Part shown: positions 36,698 to 48,354 of the stretch, one piece after another
How the letters are laid out: each line of letters begins with the position of its first letter
Numbering within the stretch: position 1 is the stretch's first letter
DNA from: Vitrella brassicaformis CCMP3155
Taxonomy: Eukaryota > Protista > Chromerida
Reading direction: 5' to 3'
Assembly: GCA_001179505.1 (NCBI GenBank)
Contig: CDMY01000158.1
Coordinates: forward strand, 1-64,000
DNA length: 64,000 nucleotides
Notes under the pieces: model-generated
What the model was told of the DNA's origin: nothing
Databases searched by the model: none
Seen by the model: the letters and a program-made list of their open reading frames with translations, nothing else
Made by a program: the position numbers and the translations under genes

Positions 36698-39645
36698 ATG
36701 GGGGATGGCAACGTGGATGGCAGGGAAGCGGCTGGTGGGGAGGATCAGGCCAATCACAATCACAGGCGCTGCTCAAAGAGGCTTTGGGTCTTCATCCTAC
36801 TCCTCGCCTTTCTCAACGGTAACAACATATACCACACCGCCTCCCTCTCTACTCCATCATCTGTGTGCCATATATATGCAGTGGTGTTGGCGGACAGGAC
36901 GCCAAGCAAGACACGCCGCAAGAGCCGCAACGGCAAGAGCTCGACCGCCGAGGAACTGACCGGCTTCTCTGGCGGCTCTCAAAGGAAAAAAGAGATCGGA
37001 GACCTGCTGAGGGGCGATGGTGAGAAGGGCACCAAGCGCAGGGGCGGCAAGAGGCAGCACAGGGGGCCGCGAGGCAGGAGGCGCGGTGCGAGAGGGCACA
37101 AGGTCAAGAGGGGATATGGGAGGGGCTCCTCCGCCCAGCCCTCTTCTCCTGACAAGCTCTTCGGCCCATATGAGTACGTGCATCCCCGTCCCAAGGCCCA
37201 GTTCGTCTCACCCGCCACGACCATCGGCTTCCGCGAGGGTTCCTCACCAGTCGACGGGTCATCGCTGCGTGACGATATGGTGTCGGTGAGAGGCTCCACC
37301 TCCGGCACGCACCAAGGGAAGATAAGGCTTGCCGACGACGGGCTGACGGCCGTCTTTGTGCCGGATGAGCCATTTCACAACGGCGAGAGGGTGCGTGTCA
37401 GACTGCAGCAGGGGGACGGATCGGCCAAGGACACCCTTGCCCCACAATACAAGTGGTACTTCGAAACCAGCAGCACATGGGAGCCATGGGCAGACGTCGA
37501 ACCCCACACACAACCCCCTGCACAGCCCCCTGCAGGCTGGTACAAGCCCTCCTCTTCGCGCGTCCAGGGCCAGCAGACTGGCGGTGGTGATACGCTGGAA
37601 AAGGTCGACGATTGGCATCTCACACGCACCGATGATGGGGTGGACGAATGGGTGGTGCAGCCGGAGGGGCTGCAGGGGCCGGACAGTGTGGTGACAGACG
37701 GCGAGAGCTGGTCTTTCTATGAGTTGGCACCGAGGGATCTGCCGCAGTGGCGCGTCACACGCAAAGCGACCGAAGGCGAGACTGGAGAAGGGCTGATATT
37801 CGTTGCGGTATCCCACCAACCAACCCACACGCACCTGGGCACATTGATGAACAAACTCTGTGCATTTGTCCCCGCACATCAGGTGAACCAAGGCCATGAA
37901 CGGAATCACTATTTGATCATTATGACCGACGAAGGCCAGCTGGTGTATTTCCGGCAAAGCAATGGCACCATCAGTGACTTCCGCCCCCACCCTGACGGCA
38001 ATCTGAGTTACATCGACAAAGGGACAGCGCCTCATTTCGACAGAGGCGGCGATCCAAAGGCACGTCGTGATACACACACACGCGTCGACTTACGATGGAT
38101 CGATCATTTGTGTCGTGTGGTGTGTCAGTGTGCGACTACCCTCAGCCCCGAGTACCAGCCGAGCACCAGCTACTGCATGCAGCACGACTACCGTGTTGAC
38201 CCCCACGGGATACAGATCAGCCGCGACGGGCGGGCACTGATGCTGGCCAAGGACACCCAGACGATGCCAAATGGCACGAAAGCCAGGGGATTCGTCCTGC
38301 AGGAGGTCGACACGCAAGGGCTCGTGGTGAGCAATCATCCGAGCCAGTGATATAGGCGTTTGATGTTTGTATCAATGGCGTCTTGTCTGTCGAGTCAGAT
38401 GTTCGAATTCAGGAGCTGGGACCATTTCACCATCGATGACGGGCAGGTAAGATGGATAGGTCGCAGCACACAGAGTGCCTCTCTCCCTCCCTCCCTCCCT
38501 CCCTCCTGCAGGCCATGTCTCACCATGGCGATCCCTGGCATGCCAACTCTGCCGACTGGACGGACGACGAGCACTATGTGGTCAATCTACGCAACGCAGG
38601 CGGCGTCATCAAGATCGCTCGCAGTGGGGACATTGTGTGGCGGTGGGGCGGCACCGACAGGTCGGTGGGTGGGATGCCTTATGGGATGGCCTGGAATGGG
38701 CTGTGTTGTTGTGTGCAGCTTCAACCAGTTCGCCATCAACGACACCGACAGCGTGATCGACCCACATGACGTACGGTGGCTGGGCAGCGGGCGGTTTTCT
38801 CTTTTCGATAACCATAATTGCTGTCACGCCGAGCATGTGGGATCGAGCGACAAACGATGGGCAGCCGACGCCAAGCAGTGCTGCTCACAGCCCTTCTCTC
38901 GAGCTGTCGAATATCAGCTCGACGAAGACACAAAGAGGGCCACAAAGGGTACACACACAACACACCCGTGCGTGGGCTGTGTCGCTATTGTTGCTGTGTT
39001 CTGTGTGCCATCTGGTCAGTGTTCGAGTACCGGAATTCGCCGCAGGACTACCTCGGCATGATAACGGGCAACGTGCAGACCCTCGACAACGGCAACCGAG
39101 TCATCTCATGGGGCCTCTCGCAGCGGCCCCACCCGTCCCCACCCTTCATCACTGAGGTGACAGCTGCCGGGGAGAAGGTCTTCGAGGCACGCTTCATCGA
39201 GGCAGACGACAGCAGACCTGCCACCTACCGCGCTTTCCGCTTCCCATGGCAATCTCCGGGCGAAGGCGGCTCGCCCCAGGCCAAATGCTCACCACAAGGG
39301 CGCCTGCACTTCGCCTGGAACGGTGCCACTGAGGTGCGGAAGTGGATGATAATGATCGGCGACAGCAACCCACCCAAGCAGCACCTGATGACCGTCAGTA
39401 AGGTACGGTTCGAGCAGTGGGTGCCGATGAAGAACGCCCTGTCGGCATGCGAGTTCTACATGGTGGAGGCGCTCGATGCCGACGACCACGCCTTGGGCAC
39501 ATCGGATGTGGTGCCGTCACCTGGGTGCCGCGATGGCGGTGGTGGAGGCATGACTGTGAGTGGCGTTAGGGGTTTTGAAGGACAGACAGGGGGGAGTGGG
39601 GGAAACAAGCGGCCAAAAGGGCCTGTACAAGAGAGAGACCAATAG
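36698..39645 (+). CDS. Arylsulfotransferase (ASST)-like paralogue with N-terminal membrane anchor (alternative start at 36641)
   Basis: KRLWVFILLLAFLN anchor; HPRPKAQFVSPATTIG..DGLTAVFVPDEPF; VDPHG, PWHANS (HxN), IDPHDVR, FSRAVEYQLDE, GNVQTLDNGNRVISWG, YRAFRFPW, FAWNGATEVRKW. Confidence 0.75.
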
Positions 39646-40326
39646 GTTTTACCACACACGGTAGGTAGATTCAGGCATTCATTTCACCCGTCTGTATATG
39701 TCGATGGTGTCTTTCGATGGAAGTGCCATCCATTCGTATTTGTGTCTCCTTCATATTTGTCCACTCCTTCATATTTGTCCACACACACATATACACACAG
39801 ACATGGTTGGTGCACGTACGCCGCAAATCCATTTGTGTTCTGCTGGCTGGGTGCTTGGTGGTGTTCGTGAAGGCATCAACGCATCTTTCGGCCCATGCGT
39901 GAAATGAAATGCTTTGTGTGCACACATGGTGTTTTTCATCAATGGGAGTCATGGGTACGTACCAATCAATTCAGACACACGTGTGCGAGTGCGGGTGTGC
40001 GCCACATACTGGTCGGTAGGCATACAGGGGCAGGCAGTTTTTGCGTGGCTTGGGTGCGTTTGTGCGGCCCATGGATGAATACAACACACACTCGGGGACA
40101 CGACTTATTCATGTGATTGATAAGACATGACATACACGGGGGGCGTTGCGAACGCGTCATTTATCATACAGCACGCACCCACATGATCGTGTGTGCACAC
40201 GTGTCTGACCACGGACATGCCACCAGCACACGCAGGCAGAGAATCGTCTCACGCTCTCAGCTACCCAGGATGCATCAAAAAGTCAGCACACGCAGAACGA
40301 ACAGGCAGATAGCCGGCCACATCAAA

Positions 40327-41810
40327 TCAATTCAGCTTGAGCTCCTGCTTGAGAGCTTCCTCTCCTCCCTGCTCCAGGATCTCCCTCACGATGTCGAGGC
40401 CTCCTATGAGCTCGCCCTTGGCGTAGAGCTGGGGGAACGTCGGCCACTGGCTGAACTCCTTCAGCCCCTGGCGCACCTGCACACACACACAGCCAGACAG
40501 AGAGGGAGAGAGGGGTGGCTGCACAAGATGCGTGTGCGTGCGTGCATGTGGTGGGGGGTCACCTCCTCGTCACTGAGAATGTCGAAGGTGTCATATTTGA
40601 TGTGTGCCATGTCGAGTAGCTGTACGATCTGGTTGGAGAAGCCGCACCGGGGGGCATCGGGGGTGCCCTTCATGAACAGCATGATGTCCGACTGGTGGGT
40701 GAGGTGCCGCAGCCGATCCTCAAGCGAAGACTCCCCCTTGGCTGCTGCAGCATCACTCTTCACGACAGAGAGAGAGAGAGAGAGAGAGTAGGCAGTGCAC
40801 GGACGCAGAGGGGGAGAGAAGTGGACGCAACACACCTTCTGGTCACCGCCCTTGCTGGGCAGGACGTCCTTGAGAGTGCCTTCCTCGGCCATCTCCTTGA
40901 TGATGTCCCAGCCGCCTATCAGCTCACCCTACGCACACATCAACAGCGATTGTGTCTGCCTGGCTGCCTGCCTGCCTCCTTCTCACTTACGTTAACGTAT
41001 AGTTGAGGGTATGTTGGCCACTTGGAGTACTCCTTGAGTCCCTGCCGCACCTGCTCGTCCATCAATATGTCGAACGTGGCGTAGTCGGCACCGATGCCGT
41101 TGAGCACCTCGACCGTCGCTCGACTGAACTTGCAGAACGGCTGCATCTTAGAACCCTCTGATATATACACACACACACACACACATCACGAGCACGATGC
41201 CAACATCTCTGACCACCCTTCTGGCTCCTGGCTCGTTTACGTACTCATGAAAAGCATGACGGGTGATGCGTTGATGAGTCCCTTGAGCCGCTCTTCCAGA
41301 CTGCCGCCCTCCCCCTGGCCGCTGCCGGTCTTGTCGTCGGCCGCCTCTGGCTGTGGCGGGTTGGCGGCGATGGCCTGCAGCTTGGACACAAGGGCCGGAG
41401 GGTTGGCGCCGTGGATGCTCTCGATCAACCTGCTGCCCATCTGGATGACAACAGCCGGGATCGTCTCCACTCTGAAAGACAAGAAGACAGTTGAGTGCAA
41501 GGTGTCCATGTGCTTGTGCGTGCGCCTGACTCGGCGTGCTGTCGCAGCTCGTCTGCTTTGTCACTGTCCACTTTGTAAAACTTCATGTCCTTGAAATCTG
41601 CACGACACACACCCACACACGCCACACATCCAACGGCATGAGGCCGTCATTCGCTGCTTGATCGTGGTTTTGACCTGTGGCGAGTGCAGGCAGCAGCTGG
41701 GCCATTTGAATGGATGGCGGGTGCCAGTCGGCATAGAAGAGGACGACCGACAGCACCGACGGGTTCCCCACCACCTTGCTGTTGAACTCGGCCAGAGATA
41801 CGATGTCCAT
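40327..41810 (-). CDS. GLRX3: Multidomain monothiol glutaredoxin (thioredoxin-like + 2 Grx domains; GLRX3/PICOT/Grx3-4 type)
   Basis: Trx-like [22 protein letters not shown]; Grx1 [30 protein letters not shown]; Grx2 [34 protein letters not shown]. Confidence 0.9.
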
Positions 41811-41857
41811 TCTCACCAAATGCTGTCACGCGCACCTCCGCTTTCGTTGCCCCGGCT

Positions 41858-43630
41858 CGTAAGACCCGATGGGACACAGGCGTGGCTGTTGAAGATCTCT
41901 CCCTCCCTCCTCCGCAAGTTCAGCTCGCAGACCTTGTAGCTCGCAGGGAAAAAACGTCCGCTCTCTTGTCCGAGGCTTTGCGGAGGAGGAGGCAGTCAGT
42001 TGGACGACAAATCCGACGAAAACTGCAAGATCGAATCATTCGGCGAGGCTCCAGATCTGTCAGCACCGCAACAGAGCAGATCTGCCCATGACGAGCTTCG
42101 TGCGTCTGAATGTTGGTGGCCGTGAGTTCAGTGTGGCGATATCGACGTTGTCACGCCACCCCGACACGCTGCTGGGTCAGCTGGTGACCAACGAGTCGGC
42201 GGCCGAGTATCAGCTCATCCAGCGAGGCCAGCCCGTCTTCATCGACGCCGACCCCTCTCTCTTCCCCTATGTCATCGACTACTACCGACACGGCACGCCA
42301 CTCTTCATCGATGGCAATACCGACACGCGCAGGCTGATGCGCGAGATGCGGTACTTCGGCCTTGATGACATCAGCGACAGCGAGAGCGACGTACAGCGCC
42401 CTCCGCCATCGGAGAAGCAACGAGCGTCGCGGATGGACGAGGTGATGCGGCGGGTGGCCGTCAAAATGGCGCGCACGTTGCTGCTCTGGGTGGACTTGCC
42501 TCCAGCTGGAAGCAAGTACACCAACACAGAAATTTCAGGTCTCAAATCACTGCTCGACAGCATCTGTGATTGGGTGGGCCCTGAGGCGGCGGAGATCAAA
42601 CGCTTCTCAAGTAGTGGAGACAAGATTCTCATGCTGCTTGGCGAGGTCCGGAACGAGATGCAGATCTTGTTGCAGGAGAGTGGCCCATTCTTTTGCCGTC
42701 TGGAGCGGGCCCAGAGGGGGGGTTCGACGAACGTCGCCATCACGATCAACAGGGTATGCACGATGGAGCGTATGTATGGATGAATGGGTGAATGGGTTAT
42801 TTTCTGTGTGGTGTGCTTTTCAGATTTGATGTGCTGCCTGCCTGCCTGGACTCATAGCTAGCTGTCTGTCTGTCTGTCTACCGTGTTGAATCACTCAGTC
42901 TTTTTGGCATATTCGGGAGGACGCAATGCACGTACACTCACATACGTATACATATGACATGACTCATACCTGCCCATGTCTGTGTCTGTGTCTGTTTGCT
43001 CAATGACTGTGTCTCACTCATCTTCACTGCTGTGACTCTCACACACTGACTGATTCACTGTCCATCCACCCGTCCATCGATGAGTGAGTGAGTATGATGC
43101 GTCAACAGTCGTCCCGCTCGCCACACCCGGCTGCTGCCGGCGGTGGTGCCGGCGGTGGTGCCGGCGGTGGTGCCGGCGGTGGTGCCGGCGGTGGTGGTGG
43201 CGGTGGGCAGAGGAAGCGGCAAAGACAGACACACACAGACAGTGACAACACATACGACGACATTGCCACACACGACAATGACAGCGACAGAGACACATTC
43301 ATCCGAAGAGAGGTCGTCGGTACCATACGCACACAGACAGACAGACAGCGGGAAACAAGTGACTGTCCTCATACACAGTGTCTCCCTCTCTCTGTATCTG
43401 TGTCTGTGTGTTACATGTTGCAACCAGGTGAGGGCACATACGGTGTGGTGTATCGGGCACAGGAGCGGGGCACCAACAAGACCGTGGCACTCAAGAAGAT
43501 CAGGACAGACCAACACGACGAGGGCGTACCAGGTCAGTGACTGCCTGGGTGGGTGGAGAGGGGACAGACAGAGACACATACATAGGTGGATGGATGGCTG
43601 GCTTTATGTATGTGTTTAATTGTGTAGGGA
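41858..43630. repeat. Diverged inverted duplicate of window positions ~1-1765 (BTB gene + intergenic + CDK 5' end)
   Basis: Shared AGACCCGATGGGA..AGGCGTGGCTGT boundary, BTB coding sequence, intergenic sequence (e.g. GCAATGCACGTACACTCACATACGTATACATATGACA) and CDK exons 1-2. Confidence 0.9.
42088..42783 (+). CDS. Intronless BTB/POZ (KCTD-type) protein, paralogue 2
   Basis: MTSFVRLNVGGREFSVAISTLSRHPDTLLGQL...; mostly identical to 808-1518. Confidence 0.85.
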   Translation: MTSFVRLNVGGREFSVAISTLSRHPDTLLGQLVTNESAAEYQLIQRGQPVFIDADPSLFPYVIDYYRHGTPLFIDGNTDTRRLMREMRYFGLDDISDSESDVQRPPPSEKQRASRMDEVMRRVAVKMARTLLLWVDLPPAGSKYTNTEISGLKSLLDSICDWVGPEAAEIKRFSSSGDKILMLLGEVRNEMQILLQESGPFFCRLERAQRGGSTNVAITINRVCTMERMYG

Positions 43631-44480
43631 CGGCCTTGCGTGAGATCTCGTTGTTGCTGATGTTGGAGCACCCCAACATCGTGTCTCTGCTGCGGCCCAT
43701 CCACCACACCAACGCACTCTACCTCGTCTTCGAATGGACGGACTTCGACCTCAAAGTCAGCTGACCAGTCAACAAACAGCACACACGACACACCACACCC
43801 CCTCCATGTCTGTCTATGTGTGTGTCGTGTGTGTGTCGTGTGTGCAGCGGTTCATGAAGATGCATGACAGACTTGGCTACGGTGCCTGTCTGAGTGTGCC
43901 GATCGTGCGCCACTTCGCCCGGCAGCTCTTGTCCGCCATCCAACACTGCCACACCAACCGCACGATACGCCGGTGTGACTGAGGCGCTGGCTGACACAAC
44001 CAACACAAGAACACATGACTTGACGTGCGTCCGTGGCATATGCATGCATGTCTCTGCCTGCGTGTCTGTCTGACCTCTCCAGTGACTTGAAGCCGCAGAA
44101 CCTGCTGATCAACCGCCAGGGCCACCTCAAAGTCGGCGACTTCGGCCTCGCTCGAGTCTTCGAAATACCCTCACAGGTCAGTCAGTCAGTCACTACACAC
44201 ACACACATCACACACAGACAGAGGCGCCACGCAGGACTGTCTGTGTGTGTCTGTGTGTGGGTGTGACTCAGCCGCTGACGCACGAGGTGGTGACGCTGTG
44301 GTACCGAGCGCCTGAGATCATACTCGGTGGACACGCAGCGACAGAGAGGAAGGCATAGATGCATGTCTGTGTGTGTGTGTGTGTGTGTTCAGGACAGGAC
44401 TGCTACTCGACGTCCATCGATATGTGGAGTGTGGGTCGGTCTGACTGACACCACACACACACACCCATCCGTCTATCCAC

Positions 44481-44511
<31 letters not shown>

Positions 44512-45251
44512 ATGCAGGCACGATCTTGTATGAGATGTTGACCGGCCAACCGCTGTTCCCAGGCGACAGCGAGTTCGGCACACTCGTTAAGATCTTCCAC
44601 AAACTCGGTACACGAGACAACACACACGAAGTGACGCTTCACTGTGTGTGTGTGTGTGTGTGTGTGTCCCACGGCTCAAGGCACTCCCACCGAGGTGGAC
44701 TATCCAGGCGTCAGCGAGCTGCCCCACTTCAAGGTCAGCCACACACAGCCGCACACAAACCACATCACAACTCATCTCTCACTGTGTATGTGTGTGTGTC
44801 AGGAGACCTTCCCCAAGTTCTCTGGTGTCGCTGAGGATGGCGTGTCTGTGCTCACGCGAGAGCTGGCGGGGTTTGACCACGATGGCGTTGACCTCATCCA
44901 CAGGCACGTGTAGGAGGACACATCCACACACACAGACAGCATGGGCAATCGATGCAATCATTGTGTGTGTGCGTCTCGTGTGTGTCAGTCTGCTTCGTTG
45001 GGATCCTCGCGACAGACTCAGCGCAGTGCAGGCACTCCGACACCCTTTCCTCACCAAACGCGATGCAAACGTATGACACACACGCACACAGAGAGAGCGG
45101 TCCATCCGTTCATCCCTCCTGCGTGGTGTCTGTTGTGTTGACGTTGTCAGGAGGCGTCGGTGCTCGCCACAGTGGCCGATCTGGCGGCTCACATGATCGA
45201 AGACATGGAGCGCAAGAAACAGCAGCAGAAGTCAGAGGCAGAGCACGAGGG
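43094..45251 (+). CDS. CDK-family kinase copy A (PGTALRE; catalytic loop RRDLKPQN); 3' end runs into a gap
   Basis: Spliced exons [80 protein letters not shown]. Confidence 0.85.
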
Positions 45252-45551
45252 NNNNNNNNNNNNNNNNNNNNNNNNNNNNNNNNNNNNNNNNNNNNNNNNN
45301 NNNNNNNNNNNNNNNNNNNNNNNNNNNNNNNNNNNNNNNNNNNNNNNNNNNNNNNNNNNNNNNNNNNNNNNNNNNNNNNNNNNNNNNNNNNNNNNNNNNN
45401 NNNNNNNNNNNNNNNNNNNNNNNNNNNNNNNNNNNNNNNNNNNNNNNNNNNNNNNNNNNNNNNNNNNNNNNNNNNNNNNNNNNNNNNNNNNNNNNNNNNN
45501 NNNNNNNNNNNNNNNNNNNNNNNNNNNNNNNNNNNNNNNNNNNNNNNNNNN
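45252..45551. other. Assembly gap (300 N)
   Basis: N run. Confidence 0.99.
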
Positions 45552-45552
45552 C

Positions 45553-46235
45553 CATATTCGGGAGGACGCAATGCACGTACACTCACATACGTATACATAT
45601 GACACGGATATGACTCATGCCTGCCCATGTCTGTGTCTGTGTGTCTGTTTGCTCACTGACTGTGTCTCACTCATCTTCACTGCTGTGACTCTCACACACT
45701 GACTGATTCACTGTCCATCCAGCCGTCCATCGATGAGTGAGTGAGTGAGTATGATGCGTCAACGGTCGTCCCGCTCGCCACACCCGGCCGCTGCTGCTGC
45801 TGCTGCTGCCGGCGGTGGGCAGAGGAAGCGGCAAAGACAGACACACACAGACACTGACAACACACACGACCACATTGCCACACACGACGATGACAGCGAC
45901 AGAGACACATTCATCCGAAGAGAAGTCGTCGGTACCATACGCACACAGACAGACAGCCAGGGGGAAACAATTGACTGTCCCCACATGTCTCCCTCTCTCT
46001 GTGTCTGTCCGTGTCTGTGTGTGTGTTGTTGCAACCAGGTGAGGGCACGTACGGTGTGGTGTATCGGGCACAGGAGCGGGGCACCAACAAGACCGTGGCA
46101 CTCAAGAAGATCAGGACAGACCAACACGACGAGGGCGTACCAGGTCAGTGCCTGAGTGGAGGGGTGACGGACAGAGACACACATAGGTGGATGGATGGCT
46201 GGCCTTATGTGTGTATGTGTTTAACTGTGTAGGGA
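45553..46235. repeat. Apparently identical inverted copy of window positions 1-681
   Basis: All overlapping ORF translations are identical (80..490 = 45745..46155; 51..476 = 45759..46184; 3..224 = 46011..46232), including intronic microsatellites. Confidence 0.92.
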
Positions 46236-47885
46236 CGGTCTTGCGTGAGATCTCGTTGTTGCTGATGTTGGAGCACCCCAACATCGTGTCTCTGCTGCGG
46301 CCCATCCACCACACCAACGCACTCTACCTCGTCTTCGAATGGATGGACTTCGACCTCAAAGTCAGCTGACCAGTCAACAAACAGCACACACGACACACCC
46401 ACACCCCCTCCTTGTCTCTGTGTGTGTGTGTGTCGTGTGTGCAGCGGTTCATGAAGATGCATGACAGACTGGGTTACGGTGCCTGTCTGAGTGTGCCGAT
46501 CGTGCGCCACTTCGCCCGGCAGCTCTTGTCCGCCATCCAACACTGCCACACCAACCGCACCATACACCGGTGTGATGTGATGTGAAGCGCTGGCTGACAC
46601 AACACAAACAAGAGCACATGACGTGACGCGCGTCCGTGGCACATGCATGTCTGTCTCTGCGTGTCCGATCTCTCTCTCCAGTGACTTGAAGCCGCAGAAC
46701 CTGCTGATCAACCGCCAGGGCCACCTCAAGGTCGGCGACTTCGGCCTCGCACGAGTGTTCGAAATACCCTCACAGGTCAGTCACTACACACACATCAGAC
46801 ACGCACAGACAGACAGACAGACAGACAGAGGCGCCACGCAGGACTGTCTGTGTGTGTGTCTGTGTGCGTGTGTGCGTGTGACTCAGCCGCTGACGCACGA
46901 GGTGGTGACGCTGTGGTACCGGGCGCCTGAGATCATACTCGGTAGACACACAGCGACAGAGAGGAAGGCATAGATGCATGTCTGTGTGTGTGTGTGTGTG
47001 TTCAGGACAGGACTGCTACTCGACGTCCATCGATATGTGGAGTGTGGGTCGGTCTGACTGACACCACACACACACACACACACACACATCCGTCCACCTG
47101 CCTGTCTGTCTGTCTGTCTGTGTGTTTGATGCAGGCACGATTTTGTATGAGATGTTGACCGGCCAGCCGCTGTTCCCAGGCGACAGCGAGTTCGGCACAC
47201 TCGTCAAGATCTTCCACAAGCTCGGTATACGAGACAACACACGCACGAATGGACGCTTCACTGTGTGTGTGTGTCCCACGACTCAAGGCACTCCCACCGA
47301 GGTGGACTATCCAGGCGTCAGCGAGCTGCCCCACTTCAAGGTCAGCCACACAGCCAGCTACACACGAATCACATCACAGCTCATCTCATCTCTGTGTATG
47401 TGTCTGTGTCAGGAGACCTTCCCCAAGTTCTCTGGTGTCGCTGAGGATGGCGTGTCTGTGCTGACTCGAGAGCTGGCAGGCTTTGATCACGATGGCGTCG
47501 ACCTCATCCACAGGTACGTCCACACACACAGACAACATGGGCAATCGATGCAATCATTGTGTGTGTGTCTCGTGTGTGTCAGTCTGCTTTGTTGGGATCC
47601 TCGCGACAGACTCAGCGCAGTGCAGGCGCTCCGACACCCTTTCCTCACCAAGCGCGATGCAACCGTACGACAGAAACACACACACAGAGAGAGAGAGAGA
47701 GAGCGGTCCATCCGTTCATCCCTCCTGCGTGGTGTCTGTTGTGTTGGCGTTGTCAGGAGGCGTCGGTGCTCGCCACAGTGGCCGATCTGGCGGCTCACAT
47801 GATCGAAGACATGGAGCGCAAGAAACAGCAGCAGAAGTCAGAGGCAGAGCACGAGGGGCGGCAGGCCAAGCGAAGAGCCAACTGA
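45751..47885 (+). CDS. CDK-family kinase copy B, complete (PGTVLRE; HRDLKPQN; DFG; T-loop Thr)
   Basis: Same exon structure as copy A, with an intact HRD (CAC at 46565-46567); stop after [10 protein letters not shown]. Confidence 0.9.
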
Positions 47886-48354
47886 CTGCACGACCCACAC
47901 ACACTGACCGACTGGCCAATGCATCGGTGTGCTCGTGTGTGTGCACTCCACCGCACGGACAGTTGAACGTTCAATCAATGGTTCATGGTCGTGGTCAGTC
48001 GGCCGCACACACACACGCACAGAGCACCGACGAGTGTCAGTCAGCATCCACACACACATCCATTCCTCTGAGCTGAGCAACCATCGCTCAGAACACATCA
48101 GCCGTCGTGTACGTACGCGCTGGCTGCTGCAGCCACGCACTCAGCCGGTCAGCCATAGATATTACGTCAGGGTCGCAGGATAGCAGTCCATATGTCCAGC
48201 CACTGTCCAGGTATCACCAAGTACAGTCAAGTATCGACCTGATTCTTACTGTCAGTTCCCTCCGCGTGCACAGGCCTGTGGCGCATGGCGCATGTTCGGG
48301 TAGTGAGGCGGCTCAATTTCGCCGTCATAGGCCGGTAAATTCAAAATCTCGACG

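Noticed and set aside
1893-39645. Possible carbohydrate cluster (CBM20, MFS, GH97, ASSTs)
   Set aside because: The genes are interspersed with GCN5, dynamin and HAD, with no shared orientation or motif. Clustering is unsupported without co-expression data.
39740-39785. 20-nt tandem duplication CTCCTTCATATTTGTCCACT
   Set aside because: Only two copies in intergenic DNA, consistent with simple slippage.
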